Assembly (NCBI GenBank): GCA_021162285.1
Contig: JAGGYZ010000063.1
Coordinates: 1 to 39,016 of the forward strand
From: Candidatus Fermentibacteraceae bacterium
GTDB lineage: Bacteria > Fermentibacterota > Fermentibacteria > Fermentibacterales > JCC-6
Direction: 5' to 3'
DNA: 39,016 nt
Shown here: in pieces, positions 1 through 9,332 of the stretch
How the letters are laid out: each line of letters begins with the position of its first letter
Position numbering within the stretch: the stretch's first letter is position 1
Made by a program: the position numbers and the translations under genes
Notes under the pieces: generated by a model
Told to the model about the DNA's origin: nothing
Database searches by the model: none
What the model saw: only the letters and a program-made list of their open reading frames with translations

Positions 1-570
1 CCCCAGCTTCTGTACAAATTCGCCTTTATGGGAAGCATCTACTCAAAACTGGTTTTCGGTGTGGAAAAGCCAAAGGTCTGCCTGCTTAACGTAGGAAGTG
101 AGCCGTCAAAGGGTCCACCGGACATAAAAGAGGTTTACAGTATGCTGTCGAAAGCCCCCCTTAATTTTGCCGGTAACATAGAGGGTAATGGTATTCTAAT
201 GGGCGACGCCGATGTGGTTGTGTGTGATGGTTACACAGGCAATGTTCTGGTTAAATTCATTGAATCCATTGCGTCGATGGTAGGAGGGACTCTGTATCTG
301 GAGATGAAAAAACAATGGACTTCCAGGATGGGCTATCTGTTTATGAGACCATCTTTTAACAAGCTATGGAAAAAATTAGATGCTGCCGAGTACGGAGGAG
401 CTCCACTTCTGGGTCTTAACGGAGTTGCCATTGTGGCTCACGGAAGTTCTTCTGCACTTGCAATCAAGAATGCTGTCGTCGCCGCCTGCGATTTCAGGCG
501 CAGTGGTGCAGTGGAGGCCATTCGAAGTAAAATGGCTGAACTAATGGAGGAGGAAAAAGCTGTTGAATGA
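1..570 (+). CDS. plsX: Phosphate acyltransferase PlsX (5'-truncated by window edge)
   Basis: Frame is open from base 1; motifs LLNVGSE..KG, GNIEG, DVVVCDGYTGN, YGGAPLLG, HGSS; lies upstream of fabH. Confidence 0.95.
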   Translation, partial: PQLLYKFAFMGSIYSKLVFGVEKPKVCLLNVGSEPSKGPPDIKEVYSMLSKAPLNFAGNIEGNGILMGDADVVVCDGYTGNVLVKFIESIASMVGGTLYLEMKKQWTSRMGYLFMRPSFNKLWKKLDAAEYGGAPLLGLNGVAIVAHGSSSALAIKNAVVAACDFRRSGAVEAIRSKMAELMEEEKAVE

Positions 571-1561
571 GAGACACGCCTATATTAAAGGAACCGGGCA
601 TTTCGTCCCGGAGCCCGTTCTGACAAACGATGATCTTTCAAAAATGGTGGATACCAATGATGAATGGATAACATCAAGAACCGGTATCAAGCAGCGCCAT
701 ATTGCTCCCGATGATATGGCAAACAGCGACATGTCGTTCGAGGCAGCCCGTCGGGCAATGGATGATGCAGGATGGAAGCCTGAAGATGTTCAGGCTGTTA
801 TCATTGGTACTGTTACACCTGACTATTCTTTTCCCAACACAGCTGCGCTTGTTGCCGATCGGCTGGGCCTTAACAAAGTACCCTGTTACGACTTTGAGGC
901 TGGTTGCAGTGGGTTCATATACGGTTTGATCCAGGCAAAAGCTTTCATTACTTCAGGTATACTTGACAGAGTTATTGTGATAGGTGCCGAAAAACTCACA
1001 TCAATAACCGACTGGGAAGACAGGAACACCTGTGTTCTGTTCGGTGACGGAGCAGGAGCAGCCTGCGTAGGCAGTGAAGGCCCTGGCGGGCTGCTCGGCG
1101 GTTTTCACTGGGGCAGCGACGGTTCTCTGGGCCATCTTCTCGACCTGCCGGCAAGCGGTTCAAGGCAGCCAATTACTCACGAGGCCATAGACAACAAAGA
1201 CAACAAGATTCACATGGCTGGCGGAGAGATAATGAAGAGTGCCGTGAGAGCCATGAGAGATTCAGCTCTTAAAGCTCTGGAGGAGGATGGACTTACCTAC
1301 AAGGATGTAAATCTTCTCATCTCGCATCAGGCGAATGTAAGGATCATCGAATCTACTGCCAGAGTTCTCAGGCTTGAGTGGAAAGATGTGTATGTAAACA
1401 TTGATCAGTACGGTAACACATCCAGTGCTTCTATTCCCATCGCCATGGATGAGGCTCTGCACAACGGAACGATAAAGCCCGGTTACACAGTTGTGCTGGC
1501 TGCTTTTGGTGCAGGCCTTACCTGGGGAGGCATTGTTGTGAGGTGGAGTGATGAATCTTAA
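563..1561 (+). CDS. fabH: 3-oxoacyl-ACP synthase III
   Basis: WITSRTGI; Cys-His-Asn triad (AGCSG, HQAN, GNTSSAS); FGDGAGA; FGAGLTWG; TTG start after GGAGG. Confidence 0.97.
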   Translation: MNERHAYIKGTGHFVPEPVLTNDDLSKMVDTNDEWITSRTGIKQRHIAPDDMANSDMSFEAARRAMDDAGWKPEDVQAVIIGTVTPDYSFPNTAALVADRLGLNKVPCYDFEAGCSGFIYGLIQAKAFITSGILDRVIVIGAEKLTSITDWEDRNTCVLFGDGAGAACVGSEGPGGLLGGFHWGSDGSLGHLLDLPASGSRQPITHEAIDNKDNKIHMAGGEIMKSAVRAMRDSALKALEEDGLTYKDVNLLISHQANVRIIESTARVLRLEWKDVYVNIDQYGNTSSASIPIAMDEALHNGTIKPGYTVVLAAFGAGLTWGGIVVRWSDES

Positions 1562-2279
1562 TGCCACGGCTGTTGTCACCGGTGCAGCCCGGGGGATTGG
1601 TCTTGAGATTGCAAAAAAACTTATAAACACAGGCTGGACCGTAGCAGCACTGGACATGCTTGAAGATGACCTTAACAGGTCTGCTCACAAGCTGGGAAGC
1701 ATGTACAGACCCTACACGGTCAACATCACCGATACTCAGCAGCTCGCTGTTGTGGCTGCTTCCATCGGGAAAGAACTGCCTGTTGTAAAGGGCATTGTAA
1801 ACAATGCAGGTATTACCCGTGATGCGCTGATGATGCGCATGGGTGAGGATCAGTGGAATATGGTTATCGATGTAAATCTTACTGGAGCATGGAAGGTAAC
1901 CCAGGCTTTTATGAGGTCTCTGATCAGAGCTCGGGAAGGCAGTATTGTGAGCATATCATCGGTGGTCGGGCTTATTGGGGCTGCCGGTCAAACAAACTAT
2001 GCTGCAAGCAAGGCAGGGCTTATCGGCATGTCAAAATCTCTTAACAGAGAGCTGGCAGCCAGAGGTATCACTGTTAACGTAGTGGCACCGGGATTTATTG
2101 AAACAGAAATGACACAGAAGTTATCAGAGGAGGTGCGCAGCGACTATCTTTCAAGGATTCCTGCGGCCAGGCTGGGGCTGCCCGTTGAAATTGCAGAAGC
2201 AGTAGCATTTCTCATGAGCCCCTCAGCCAAGTATATTACCGGTGTTGTGCTGCCCGTTGATGGCGGTCTTACCACCTGA
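1548..2279 (+). CDS. fabG: 3-oxoacyl-ACP reductase
   Basis: SDR motifs [29 protein letters not shown]; fab operon context. Confidence 0.95.
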   Translation: MMNLNATAVVTGAARGIGLEIAKKLINTGWTVAALDMLEDDLNRSAHKLGSMYRPYTVNITDTQQLAVVAASIGKELPVVKGIVNNAGITRDALMMRMGEDQWNMVIDVNLTGAWKVTQAFMRSLIRAREGSIVSISSVVGLIGAAGQTNYAASKAGLIGMSKSLNRELAARGITVNVVAPGFIETEMTQKLSEEVRSDYLSRIPAARLGLPVEIAEAVAFLMSPSAKYITGVVLPVDGGLTT

Positions 2280-2291
2280 GAAAGGAAAAAT

Positions 2292-2531
2292 ATGTCTTTA
2301 GAAAACCGTATCACCGACATTATTGTAAGTCGTCTTAATGTTAAGAAGGAGGAAGTTACAAACTCTGCCAGTCTTAAAGATGATCTTGGGGCTGACTCTC
2401 TTGACATGGTTGATCTTATGATGGATCTCGAAGATACCTTCAATCTTAAGATTTCAGATGAAGATGGAAACAAGCTTCAGACTGTTGGTTCTGTTGTCGA
2501 GTTTCTGAAAGGTAAAGGTATAGAAGCCTAG
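2292..2531 (+). CDS. acpP: Acyl carrier protein
   Basis: DLGADSLD phosphopantetheine site; 79 aa, acidic; AAAGGA RBS. Confidence 0.97.
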   Translation: MSLENRITDIIVSRLNVKKEEVTNSASLKDDLGADSLDMVDLMMDLEDTFNLKISDEDGNKLQTVGSVVEFLKGKGIEA

Positions 2532-2552
2532 AGAAGCGCAGTTTATGAATTG

Positions 2553-2594
2553 CCGGCAAATCGCCGCAGCCGGAGGGGTGTGGCGATTTGCCGG
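2553..2594 (+). promoter_or_regulatory. 16-bp stem-loop between acpP and fabF (mRNA stability/processing element or weak terminator)
   Basis: CCGGCAAATCGCCGCA (2553-2568) pairs with TGTGGCGATTTGCCGG (2579-2594); no U-tract follows. Confidence 0.6.
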
Positions 2595-2617
2595 ATTAAA
2601 GTACCTGGAGGAATTCC

Positions 2618-3871
2618 GTGTCTGATAAACGGGTAGTAGTCACCGGTCTGGGCGTTTTCAGCCCTATTGGAAATACAGTGTCTGAGGCCTGGGAAAACGC
2701 CGTGGCAGGAAACAGCGGTATCGTAAGATTGTCCATGATAGACCCGGAGCCGTTTACCAGTCAGGTTGCTGGTCAGGTTAAAGACTTTGATCCTGTTGAA
2801 CTGCTGGGGCCCAGGAATGCCAGAAGAAATGACAGATACACGCAACTTGCAATGGCCGCGGCCGAACAGGCATGGGCCGACTCTGGGCTTTCAGAGGCAT
2901 CTGTTGATCCAGAGCGTGTAGGAGTTATCATCGGCTCAGGGGTTGGCGGTATGGACACTTTTGAGAAGCAGCACAATATTGCCATGAACAGGGGGCCTGG
3001 AAGGATCAGCTCTCTGTTTGTTCCCATGATGATCAGCAACATGGCCGCAGGGCAGGTTGCTATAGATCTGAACGCAAAAGGTCCCAACTTCGCAACTGTT
3101 ACCGCATGCGCATCCAGTTCCCACGCAATTGCTTCTTCAGTAGACGCTATTCGTCTGGGCAGGGCGGAGGTAATGGTTACCGGTGGAAGTGAAGCACCGC
3201 TTACAATGATGAGTGTAGGCGGATTCTGCTCCATGAAGGCCCTGTGCACAACATTCAACGATCAGCCCTGGAAAGCATCCAGGCCGTTCGACCGTGACAG
3301 ATCAGGGTTTGTTATTGCAGAAGGTGCCTGTATTATTGTCCTTGAAGAGTTGTCTCATGCGGAAGCCAGGGGAGCTCACATATTTGCAGAAATATCAGGT
3401 ATCGGCATGTCCTGTGATGCGCACCACATAACAGCTCCCGCACCAGGCGGAGAGGGATGCGCCAGGGCCATAAGAATGGCAATGGACGACGCTGGAATGG
3501 CGGTATCCGATATCGATTACGTGAATGCCCACGGAACATCAACGCAGCTCAACGATATCAACGAAACGGATGCAATCAAGGTTGCTCTCGGCAATCATGC
3601 GAAGAAAATTATGGTTTCAAGTACAAAATCGACCCACGGTCACATGCTTGGGGCCACAGGCGCAATGGAAATCATGCTTACTTCCCTTGCCCTGAAGAAC
3701 GGGCTTGTTCCGCCAACCTCAACACTGGAAAACCCAGGCGAGGGATGTGATCTTGATTACGTGCCGAAAACTGCGAGAGAAGCAGATATACAGTGTGCCC
3801 TCAGTAGTTCTCTTGGTTTTGGTGGGCACAATGTCTGTATCGCTCTTCGCAAGTACAAAGGCGATAGCTGA
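2618..3871 (+). CDS. fabF: 3-oxoacyl-ACP synthase II
   Basis: Cys-His-His triad (TACASS, HGTST, GHMLGA); SRPFD; GFGGHN; GTG start after GGAGG. Confidence 0.97.
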   Translation: MSDKRVVVTGLGVFSPIGNTVSEAWENAVAGNSGIVRLSMIDPEPFTSQVAGQVKDFDPVELLGPRNARRNDRYTQLAMAAAEQAWADSGLSEASVDPERVGVIIGSGVGGMDTFEKQHNIAMNRGPGRISSLFVPMMISNMAAGQVAIDLNAKGPNFATVTACASSSHAIASSVDAIRLGRAEVMVTGGSEAPLTMMSVGGFCSMKALCTTFNDQPWKASRPFDRDRSGFVIAEGACIIVLEELSHAEARGAHIFAEISGIGMSCDAHHITAPAPGGEGCARAIRMAMDDAGMAVSDIDYVNAHGTSTQLNDINETDAIKVALGNHAKKIMVSSTKSTHGHMLGATGAMEIMLTSLALKNGLVPPTSTLENPGEGCDLDYVPKTAREADIQCALSSSLGFGGHNVCIALRKYKGDS

Positions 3872-4521
3872 ATACACAAGAAAATGACAGTCTGAAGCGG
3901 CTTTTCGGCCGCTCTGAGCTGTTGCGTATTGCTTTGACTCACAGGTCTGTTTCCCACGCGGAAAACAATGAGCGTCTTGAGTTCCTTGGCGATGCGGTTA
4001 TAGAGCTTGCCGTGAGGTGGGGTCTTGTATCGGACAATACTGAGGCTTCCGAGGGCGAGCTTACCAGAATGAAGATAGGTCTTGTAAGGAAAGCTACCCT
4101 TGCAAGGTGTGCAGACAGGTTGGGATTGAGAGAGAGTATTGTGACCGGAGCTGCTTTCGGCTGTGGGCCTGTTCCAGATGCTGTGGCTGCAGATGCCTAT
4201 GAGGCAGTTGTTGGAGCTTTGTTTGTTGACTCGGGGTTTAACAGTGCATTCCGTTTTGTTAAGGAAACCCTTCTGTCAAAGGAAGAGATCAGCAGCTCCA
4301 GTGACGCGAAAACGGTTCTTCAGGAACACTGTCAGGCCAGGGGAGGTTCTCTGCCTGTGTACACAACGGATTTAACAGCCGGGCCATCCCATGATCCGGT
4401 TTTTTATATCAGCGTATCAGTAGAAGGTTCAGTGCTGGGCACCGGCCGGGCATCGAGTAAGAAAGAAGCGCAGGAACTGGCTGCTGCAGAGGCACTTCAG
4501 ACCCTTGAAGGGAAGGACTAA
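3868..4521 (+). CDS. rnc: Ribonuclease III (start probably CTG at 3868; ORF track starts at TTG 3922)
   Basis: ALTHRS, NERLEFLGDAV signature, ADAYEAVVGA, C-terminal dsRBD (KTVLQE, GPSH, SKKEAQ). Confidence 0.95.
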   Translation: MNTQENDSLKRLFGRSELLRIALTHRSVSHAENNERLEFLGDAVIELAVRWGLVSDNTEASEGELTRMKIGLVRKATLARCADRLGLRESIVTGAAFGCGPVPDAVAADAYEAVVGALFVDSGFNSAFRFVKETLLSKEEISSSSDAKTVLQEHCQARGGSLPVYTTDLTAGPSHDPVFYISVSVEGSVLGTGRASSKKEAQELAAAEALQTLEGKD

Positions 4522-5676
4522 ATGGATTACATGCTTAATGAAGATTTACTGGCCATTAAGGAAATCTGTATTGAAATAGGTGAGAAACACATTCTTCCCA
4601 TAAGAGCTGAGCTTGACGAGGAGAACAAGTTTCCAAGAGAAATCATGAACATCATTGCCCAGAGTGATCTGTTCACCATCTACATCCCCGAGGAATACGG
4701 TGGAACCGGTATGGGCAGCATGGCGCTTGCAGTGGCCACAGAGGAGCTAAGCCGTTACTGTGGCGGCATTGCCGTGTCCTACGCTGCCAACGCCCTGGGT
4801 GCCATGCCTATTCTTCTCATGGGCTCGGAAGAACAGAAGAAAAAGTATCTTCCCCAGCTTGCCTCTGGAGAGAAACTGTGTGCGTTTGCACTCACTGAAC
4901 CTGAAGCCGGAAGTGATGCCGGCGGTGTAAAAACAAGAGCCATTAAAGATGGAGACCACTACATACTGAACGGAACAAAGCAGTGGATCACCAACGGCGG
5001 AGAGGCCCAGATTTACACTGTTATCGCTCTTACCGACCCCGAAAGAGGCGCCCGCGGGGCAAGTGCGTTTATCGTTGAGGATGGTACCCCCGGTTTCAGT
5101 TACGGCAAGAAAGAGAACAAGATGGGTATCAGAGCTTCCGCTACAAGGGAACTCATTTTTGAAGACTGCAGAATTCCCGCGGAAAACCTTATTTCACGCG
5201 AGGGATATGGATTCATGGTTGCAATGAAAACCCTTGATAATTCCAGACCTGGAGTGGCAGCCCAGGCAGTTGGGATTGCACAGGGTGCTCTTGATGAAGC
5301 TTTGAAGTATTCCAACGAAAGAAAGCAGTTTGGAGTGAAGATAAACTCATTCCAGGGGCTTCAGTTCATGCTTGCAGACATGGGAACCCTGATTGAGGCT
5401 GCCAGGGCTCTTACTTATACCGCTGCAGGCCTGATAGACAGTGGGGCAAAGAACTTCAACAAGGTTTCCGCCATGGCGAAGGTGTTTGCCAGTGATGTTG
5501 CCATGAAGGTAACAACTGATGCTGTTCAGATTCTTGGAGGATACGGTTACATGAAAGAGTATCCCGTAGAGAAGATGATGCGCGACGCTAAAATTACACA
5601 GATCTATGAAGGCACAAACCAGATACAGAGAAGTGTAATCGCCAAAGCCATGATAAAAGAAGCACACAGAAAGTAG
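4522..5676 (+). CDS. bcd: Short-chain (butyryl-CoA-type) acyl-CoA dehydrogenase
   Basis: FALTEPEAGSDA, GTKQWITNG, KMGIRAS, QILGGYGY, QIYEGTNQIQR; adjacent to etfBA; substrate not certain. Confidence 0.88.
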   Translation: MDYMLNEDLLAIKEICIEIGEKHILPIRAELDEENKFPREIMNIIAQSDLFTIYIPEEYGGTGMGSMALAVATEELSRYCGGIAVSYAANALGAMPILLMGSEEQKKKYLPQLASGEKLCAFALTEPEAGSDAGGVKTRAIKDGDHYILNGTKQWITNGGEAQIYTVIALTDPERGARGASAFIVEDGTPGFSYGKKENKMGIRASATRELIFEDCRIPAENLISREGYGFMVAMKTLDNSRPGVAAQAVGIAQGALDEALKYSNERKQFGVKINSFQGLQFMLADMGTLIEAARALTYTAAGLIDSGAKNFNKVSAMAKVFASDVAMKVTTDAVQILGGYGYMKEYPVEKMMRDAKITQIYEGTNQIQRSVIAKAMIKEAHRK

Positions 5677-5678
5677 GA

Positions 5679-6470
5679 GTGATGAAGTTCGTTGTTGCCG
5701 TAAAGCAGGTGCCGGATACCGCCGAGGTCAGGATCGATCCGGAAAGGGGCACCCTGATTCGCGACGGTGTGCCGTCGATAATGAATCCTTTTGATACTTA
5801 TGCTCTGGAAGAGGCAATGAAGTGGCGTGATGAGCTTGGAGGCGTGGTTACAGTTATCACCATGGGTCCTCCCCAGGCAGAATCAGTGCTCAGAGAGGCT
5901 ATCTCCATGGGCGCAGACGATGCCATTCTCATAAGCGACAGAGCTTTTGCCGGTGCAGATACATGGGCTACCAGCCACACACTGGCTGCAGCAGTGGCGG
6001 AACTCGGTGATGTTGATGCTGTGTTCTTCGGTAAGCAGGCCATTGACGGGGATACGGCGCAGACCGGTCCCAGCGTTGCGGCATCTCTTGACTGGCCTCA
6101 GATTACATTCGTAGGAAAAGTCAGAGAGTTGAACAAAGATTTTATCACAGCTGAGCGGTACGTTGAAACAGGTATGCAGATTGTGCAGGCGGAGCTTCCG
6201 GTTGTACTTACGATCCTGAAGGATGCAAATGTTCCAAGGGTACCATCTCTTCGAGGGAAGATGAAATCAAGGAAAGTTCAGATACCTGTGTGGAAACTCA
6301 GCGATCTCGGTCTTACAGAGGCAGAAACAGGGCTTAACGGGTCTCCAACAAAAGTTGTGGTAACAGCCACACCTGAAGCCAGAACCGGCGGCCAGATACA
6401 CGAGGGCAGCACACAGGAGCTTGTTGCAAGGCTTGCTGATCTGCTTCTTGGAGAAGGGGGTGAGGCTTAA
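5679..6470 (+). CDS. etfB: Electron transfer flavoprotein subunit beta
   Basis: KQVPD, NPFD, RAFAGADT, GKQAIDGDTAQ, GLNGSPT; start GTG 5679 or ATG 5682. Confidence 0.95.
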   Translation: MMKFVVAVKQVPDTAEVRIDPERGTLIRDGVPSIMNPFDTYALEEAMKWRDELGGVVTVITMGPPQAESVLREAISMGADDAILISDRAFAGADTWATSHTLAAAVAELGDVDAVFFGKQAIDGDTAQTGPSVAASLDWPQITFVGKVRELNKDFITAERYVETGMQIVQAELPVVLTILKDANVPRVPSLRGKMKSRKVQIPVWKLSDLGLTEAETGLNGSPTKVVVTATPEARTGGQIHEGSTQELVARLADLLLGEGGEA

Positions 6471-6471
6471 C

Positions 6472-7668
6472 ATGAGTGGATTTCTCGAAATAAAAGACAG
6501 CTGCACAGGATGCGGTATCTGCGTGAAAACCTGTCCTGTTCAGGCTCTCTCTATCAATGATAACAAAAGAGCTGTTGTTTCAGATGCGTGCACGCTGTGC
6601 AGTATCTGTGTAGACTCGTGTCCGTTCCAGTCCCTTGCCGTTCATCACTCGTTCGGTGGTAACGAGGAACAGCTGGCGAAGTATTCAGGCATTCTTGTTC
6701 TGTGTGAAATGAGAAACGGCTCTCCGGACAGAAGCACTTACGAGCTTCTGGGAGAGGCAAGAAAGCTTTCAGCAGGTGAAAAAGAAGTATCTGTTCTTGT
6801 TGTAGCAGATGATCCCTCGGATGCTCCGGAGAAACTTATACACGCAGGCGCAGACCGGGTAATAGTGGCCGAACACAGCAGTTTTGAACACTTTTCAACA
6901 GAACCCTGGAGCAGCGTTCTTACCCATGTAATTACCGAGTATATGCCTGAGATAGTTCTGGCAGCTGCAACTACAACAGGCAGAGATGTTATGCCCAGAG
7001 TTTCCAAAATACTTGATACAGGTCTTACTGCAGATTGCACCGAGCTGAAAATCGACGCAGACAGCGGAATGCTTATGCAGACCCGACCTGCATTTGGTGG
7101 AAACATCATGGCAACCATCGTGTGTGACAGAACCAGGCCGCAGATGTCCACCGTCAGGCCCGGCGTAATGAAGCCAATGGAGATTGACACTTCCAGAACC
7201 GGAGAGGTTATAAACCTGCAGGTTACAGAGGAAATGACAAACAACAGATCAAAAGTTCTTGAGTTTGTTCCGTCTGCCGGAGATGAAGTTGACATCACAG
7301 AAGCCGAGATAGTTATTTCAGGCGGAAGGGGAATGAAGAATCCGGAGAACTTCAGCATTCTTCACGACCTCGCTCATCTGCTTGGTGGAACTGTAGGGGC
7401 AAGCCGTGCAGCGGTAGACAACGGCTGGATTGAATACCCCAGGCAGGTTGGTCAGACTGGAAAGACCGTTCAGCCTAAAACATACCTTGCAGCAGGGATT
7501 TCCGGGGCAGTTCAGCACCGGGTTGGTATGCAGTCTTCTGACACAATCTATGCAGTAAACAAAGACCGCGATGCAAACATCTTTCAGTTCTGTACTGAAG
7601 GTTTTGTGGGCGATCTGTTTGATATTATTCCCGCTCTGGTTAAAGAGATAGAAAAACGCAGAGGATAG
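6472..7668 (+). CDS. etfA: Electron transfer flavoprotein subunit alpha with N-terminal 2x[4Fe-4S] ferredoxin domain
   Basis: CTGCGICVKTCP and CTLCSICVDSCP; TGLTADCT, TRPAFGG, GASRAAV, QVGQTG, GISGAVQH; ATG at 6472 just after etfB stop. Confidence 0.95.
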   Translation: MSGFLEIKDSCTGCGICVKTCPVQALSINDNKRAVVSDACTLCSICVDSCPFQSLAVHHSFGGNEEQLAKYSGILVLCEMRNGSPDRSTYELLGEARKLSAGEKEVSVLVVADDPSDAPEKLIHAGADRVIVAEHSSFEHFSTEPWSSVLTHVITEYMPEIVLAAATTTGRDVMPRVSKILDTGLTADCTELKIDADSGMLMQTRPAFGGNIMATIVCDRTRPQMSTVRPGVMKPMEIDTSRTGEVINLQVTEEMTNNRSKVLEFVPSAGDEVDITEAEIVISGGRGMKNPENFSILHDLAHLLGGTVGASRAAVDNGWIEYPRQVGQTGKTVQPKTYLAAGISGAVQHRVGMQSSDTIYAVNKDRDANIFQFCTEGFVGDLFDIIPALVKEIEKRRG

Positions 7669-7671
7669 ACT

Positions 7672-8676
7672 GTGTTGAACGGTTCAACCCCTGTGGTATT
7701 CGAGGAATTCTCGGCCACAGGGGTTCTTCATGTACATTCAACCAGATCCGACGGATACGGTGAACCGGAAGAAATTGTTCAGGCTGGCATCAATGCAGGG
7801 CTGGACTTCATCGCGTTCAATGATCACAGAAATCTTGCACTTATGGAGGAAGGCTGGCACGGCAGGGTAACTGACGGTCTGATATCCCTGGTTGGCACGG
7901 AACTGCAGCACACAGACCTGAAAAGCCATCTTCTTGTTTACGGTGTTGAGAGTATAAAGCCTGTGGGTCACATACTTGATCAGCTAAGCAGTGTTCTTGA
8001 TATGAACGGTATTGCCATTGTAGCCCACCCTGTTGAGGTAAGACCGTATGTCCCGGGGATAGGGGAGTATCCCTGGGGTTTTGGAACAGATCATCCCGTC
8101 AGCGGCATTGAAGTCTGGAACTGGATGAGCAGCTGGAAGGGCAGACTGAGCCCGCTTAACGCCTGGAACCGGATATATCATCCGGACAGGACCGTGCTGA
8201 GTCCGCCTGAAAAAGCTGTAGATATGTGGTTTGAAACAGAGGGCTGCCTTATCGGTGGTGCAGATGCCCACGGTCATCGTTTTTTTGGGAAAGAAATTTT
8301 TGGATACGAAATGCTCTTCAACAGAGTCAGGACTCACCTTGTTCTCGATAAACCGTTCACAAGGCCGGTCCAGTTTACAGAGGCACTCAGGCATGGAAAG
8401 TGCTTTGTAAGCAACGCCATTGCAGGAGATGCTTCCGGTTACCGTTCTGCTGTTCATGAAGGTAAACTGTATCTGAAACTTCCGGAAGACTGTGAGGTAG
8501 TAACCAAACAGTATGGAGAATCCCAGGCGGGTGCTGTAGCCCTGAAGAGGGGAACACACTGTCTGGGTCAGGTTACTCTTCCTGTTTATATTGAAGTTCG
8601 CAGACTCGGGAGAACATGGATCGTACAGGGATTGAGTACAGAACAGGTCAGAAACAGGAAAGAGGAGAAACAATGA
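7672..8676 (+). CDS. PHP-domain metal-dependent phosphoesterase/hydrolase
   Basis: LHVHS..SDG, NDH, GTE, AHP, GIEVWN, GGADAH motifs of the PHP family. Confidence 0.85.
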   Translation: MLNGSTPVVFEEFSATGVLHVHSTRSDGYGEPEEIVQAGINAGLDFIAFNDHRNLALMEEGWHGRVTDGLISLVGTELQHTDLKSHLLVYGVESIKPVGHILDQLSSVLDMNGIAIVAHPVEVRPYVPGIGEYPWGFGTDHPVSGIEVWNWMSSWKGRLSPLNAWNRIYHPDRTVLSPPEKAVDMWFETEGCLIGGADAHGHRFFGKEIFGYEMLFNRVRTHLVLDKPFTRPVQFTEALRHGKCFVSNAIAGDASGYRSAVHEGKLYLKLPEDCEVVTKQYGESQAGAVALKRGTHCLGQVTLPVYIEVRRLGRTWIVQGLSTEQVRNRKEEKQ

Positions 8677-9149
8677 AAGCACTGGTTCCATGGCTGGCTT
8701 TTGTACTGGTATGCAGTGTATCTGCTTCTCCTGTTGACACAGCTTACGACCTGCTTGACGCTGTTGCATGGCAGGACGGGTACGCTCTTGAAAATCTTGT
8801 TTCCAGTGATCTTTACTCTGCATTTACAGAGTTTATCGACCAGATGAGAGCACTTCGAGATGAGGACCCTGTTCTTGTTGAGAGCATTCTTCAGAGCAGG
8901 TACCGAGGAAGAATAACTGTTACAGACTTCGAATCTCTGAACAATCAGGAAATTCTCGGTGTACTTCTGGGCGAGGTTGTTATTCAACCGGACGAACAGG
9001 TAACGCGTGAAACAGCTGAAATGGAAGCAGGGAATGCCACCGTTGTTATTCACTATTTCAACGGAGCATCCGTCTCTTTCCAGATGGTGTGGGAGGACGG
9101 AGACTGGAGAATAACAGACACAAGCCTTCTCGCTTACCTGTTTCATTAA
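8673..9149 (+). CDS. Secreted hypothetical protein (signal peptide; possibly NTF2-like)
   Basis: ATG 8673 after AGGAG; MKALVPWLAFVLVCSVSA signal peptide; ends MVWEDGDWRI. Confidence 0.7.
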   Translation: MKALVPWLAFVLVCSVSASPVDTAYDLLDAVAWQDGYALENLVSSDLYSAFTEFIDQMRALRDEDPVLVESILQSRYRGRITVTDFESLNNQEILGVLLGEVVIQPDEQVTRETAEMEAGNATVVIHYFNGASVSFQMVWEDGDWRITDTSLLAYLFH

Positions 9150-9179
9150 CAGACACACAGGCGGGTTACAGAGAGAAGG

Positions 9180-9266
9180 TGGCGGAGGACCGGGGACTCG
9201 AACCCCGAAGGGTGATTAGCCCGGCGGATTTCAAATCCGCTGCCTTACCAATTAGACTAGTCCTCC
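9180..9266 (-). tRNA. tRNA-Ser(TGA)
   Basis: Minus strand GGAGGAC...GTCCTCCGCCA; anticodon arm GCGGA-TTTGAAA-TCCGC; long variable arm; GGGGTTCGAGTCCCC T-arm; encoded CCA. Confidence 0.95.
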
Positions 9267-9279
9267 TCCGTAGTGCGCT

Positions 9280-9308
9280 AATTTATAATAATACAGAGCT
9301 CAGGTCAA
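9280..9308 (-). promoter_or_regulatory. Sigma70-type promoter for tRNA-Ser(TGA)
   Basis: TTGACC-17bp-TAAATT on minus strand just upstream of the tRNA. Confidence 0.6.
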
Positions 9309-9332
9309 ATCTGATGTTTTCAGGAGGTGGTT

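Noticed and set aside
9180-9266. tRNA-Sec (plus-strand loop reads TTTCAAA, anticodon TCA)
   Set aside because: The T-arm, D-arm and CCA end are only correct on the minus strand, which gives anticodon TGA (Ser)
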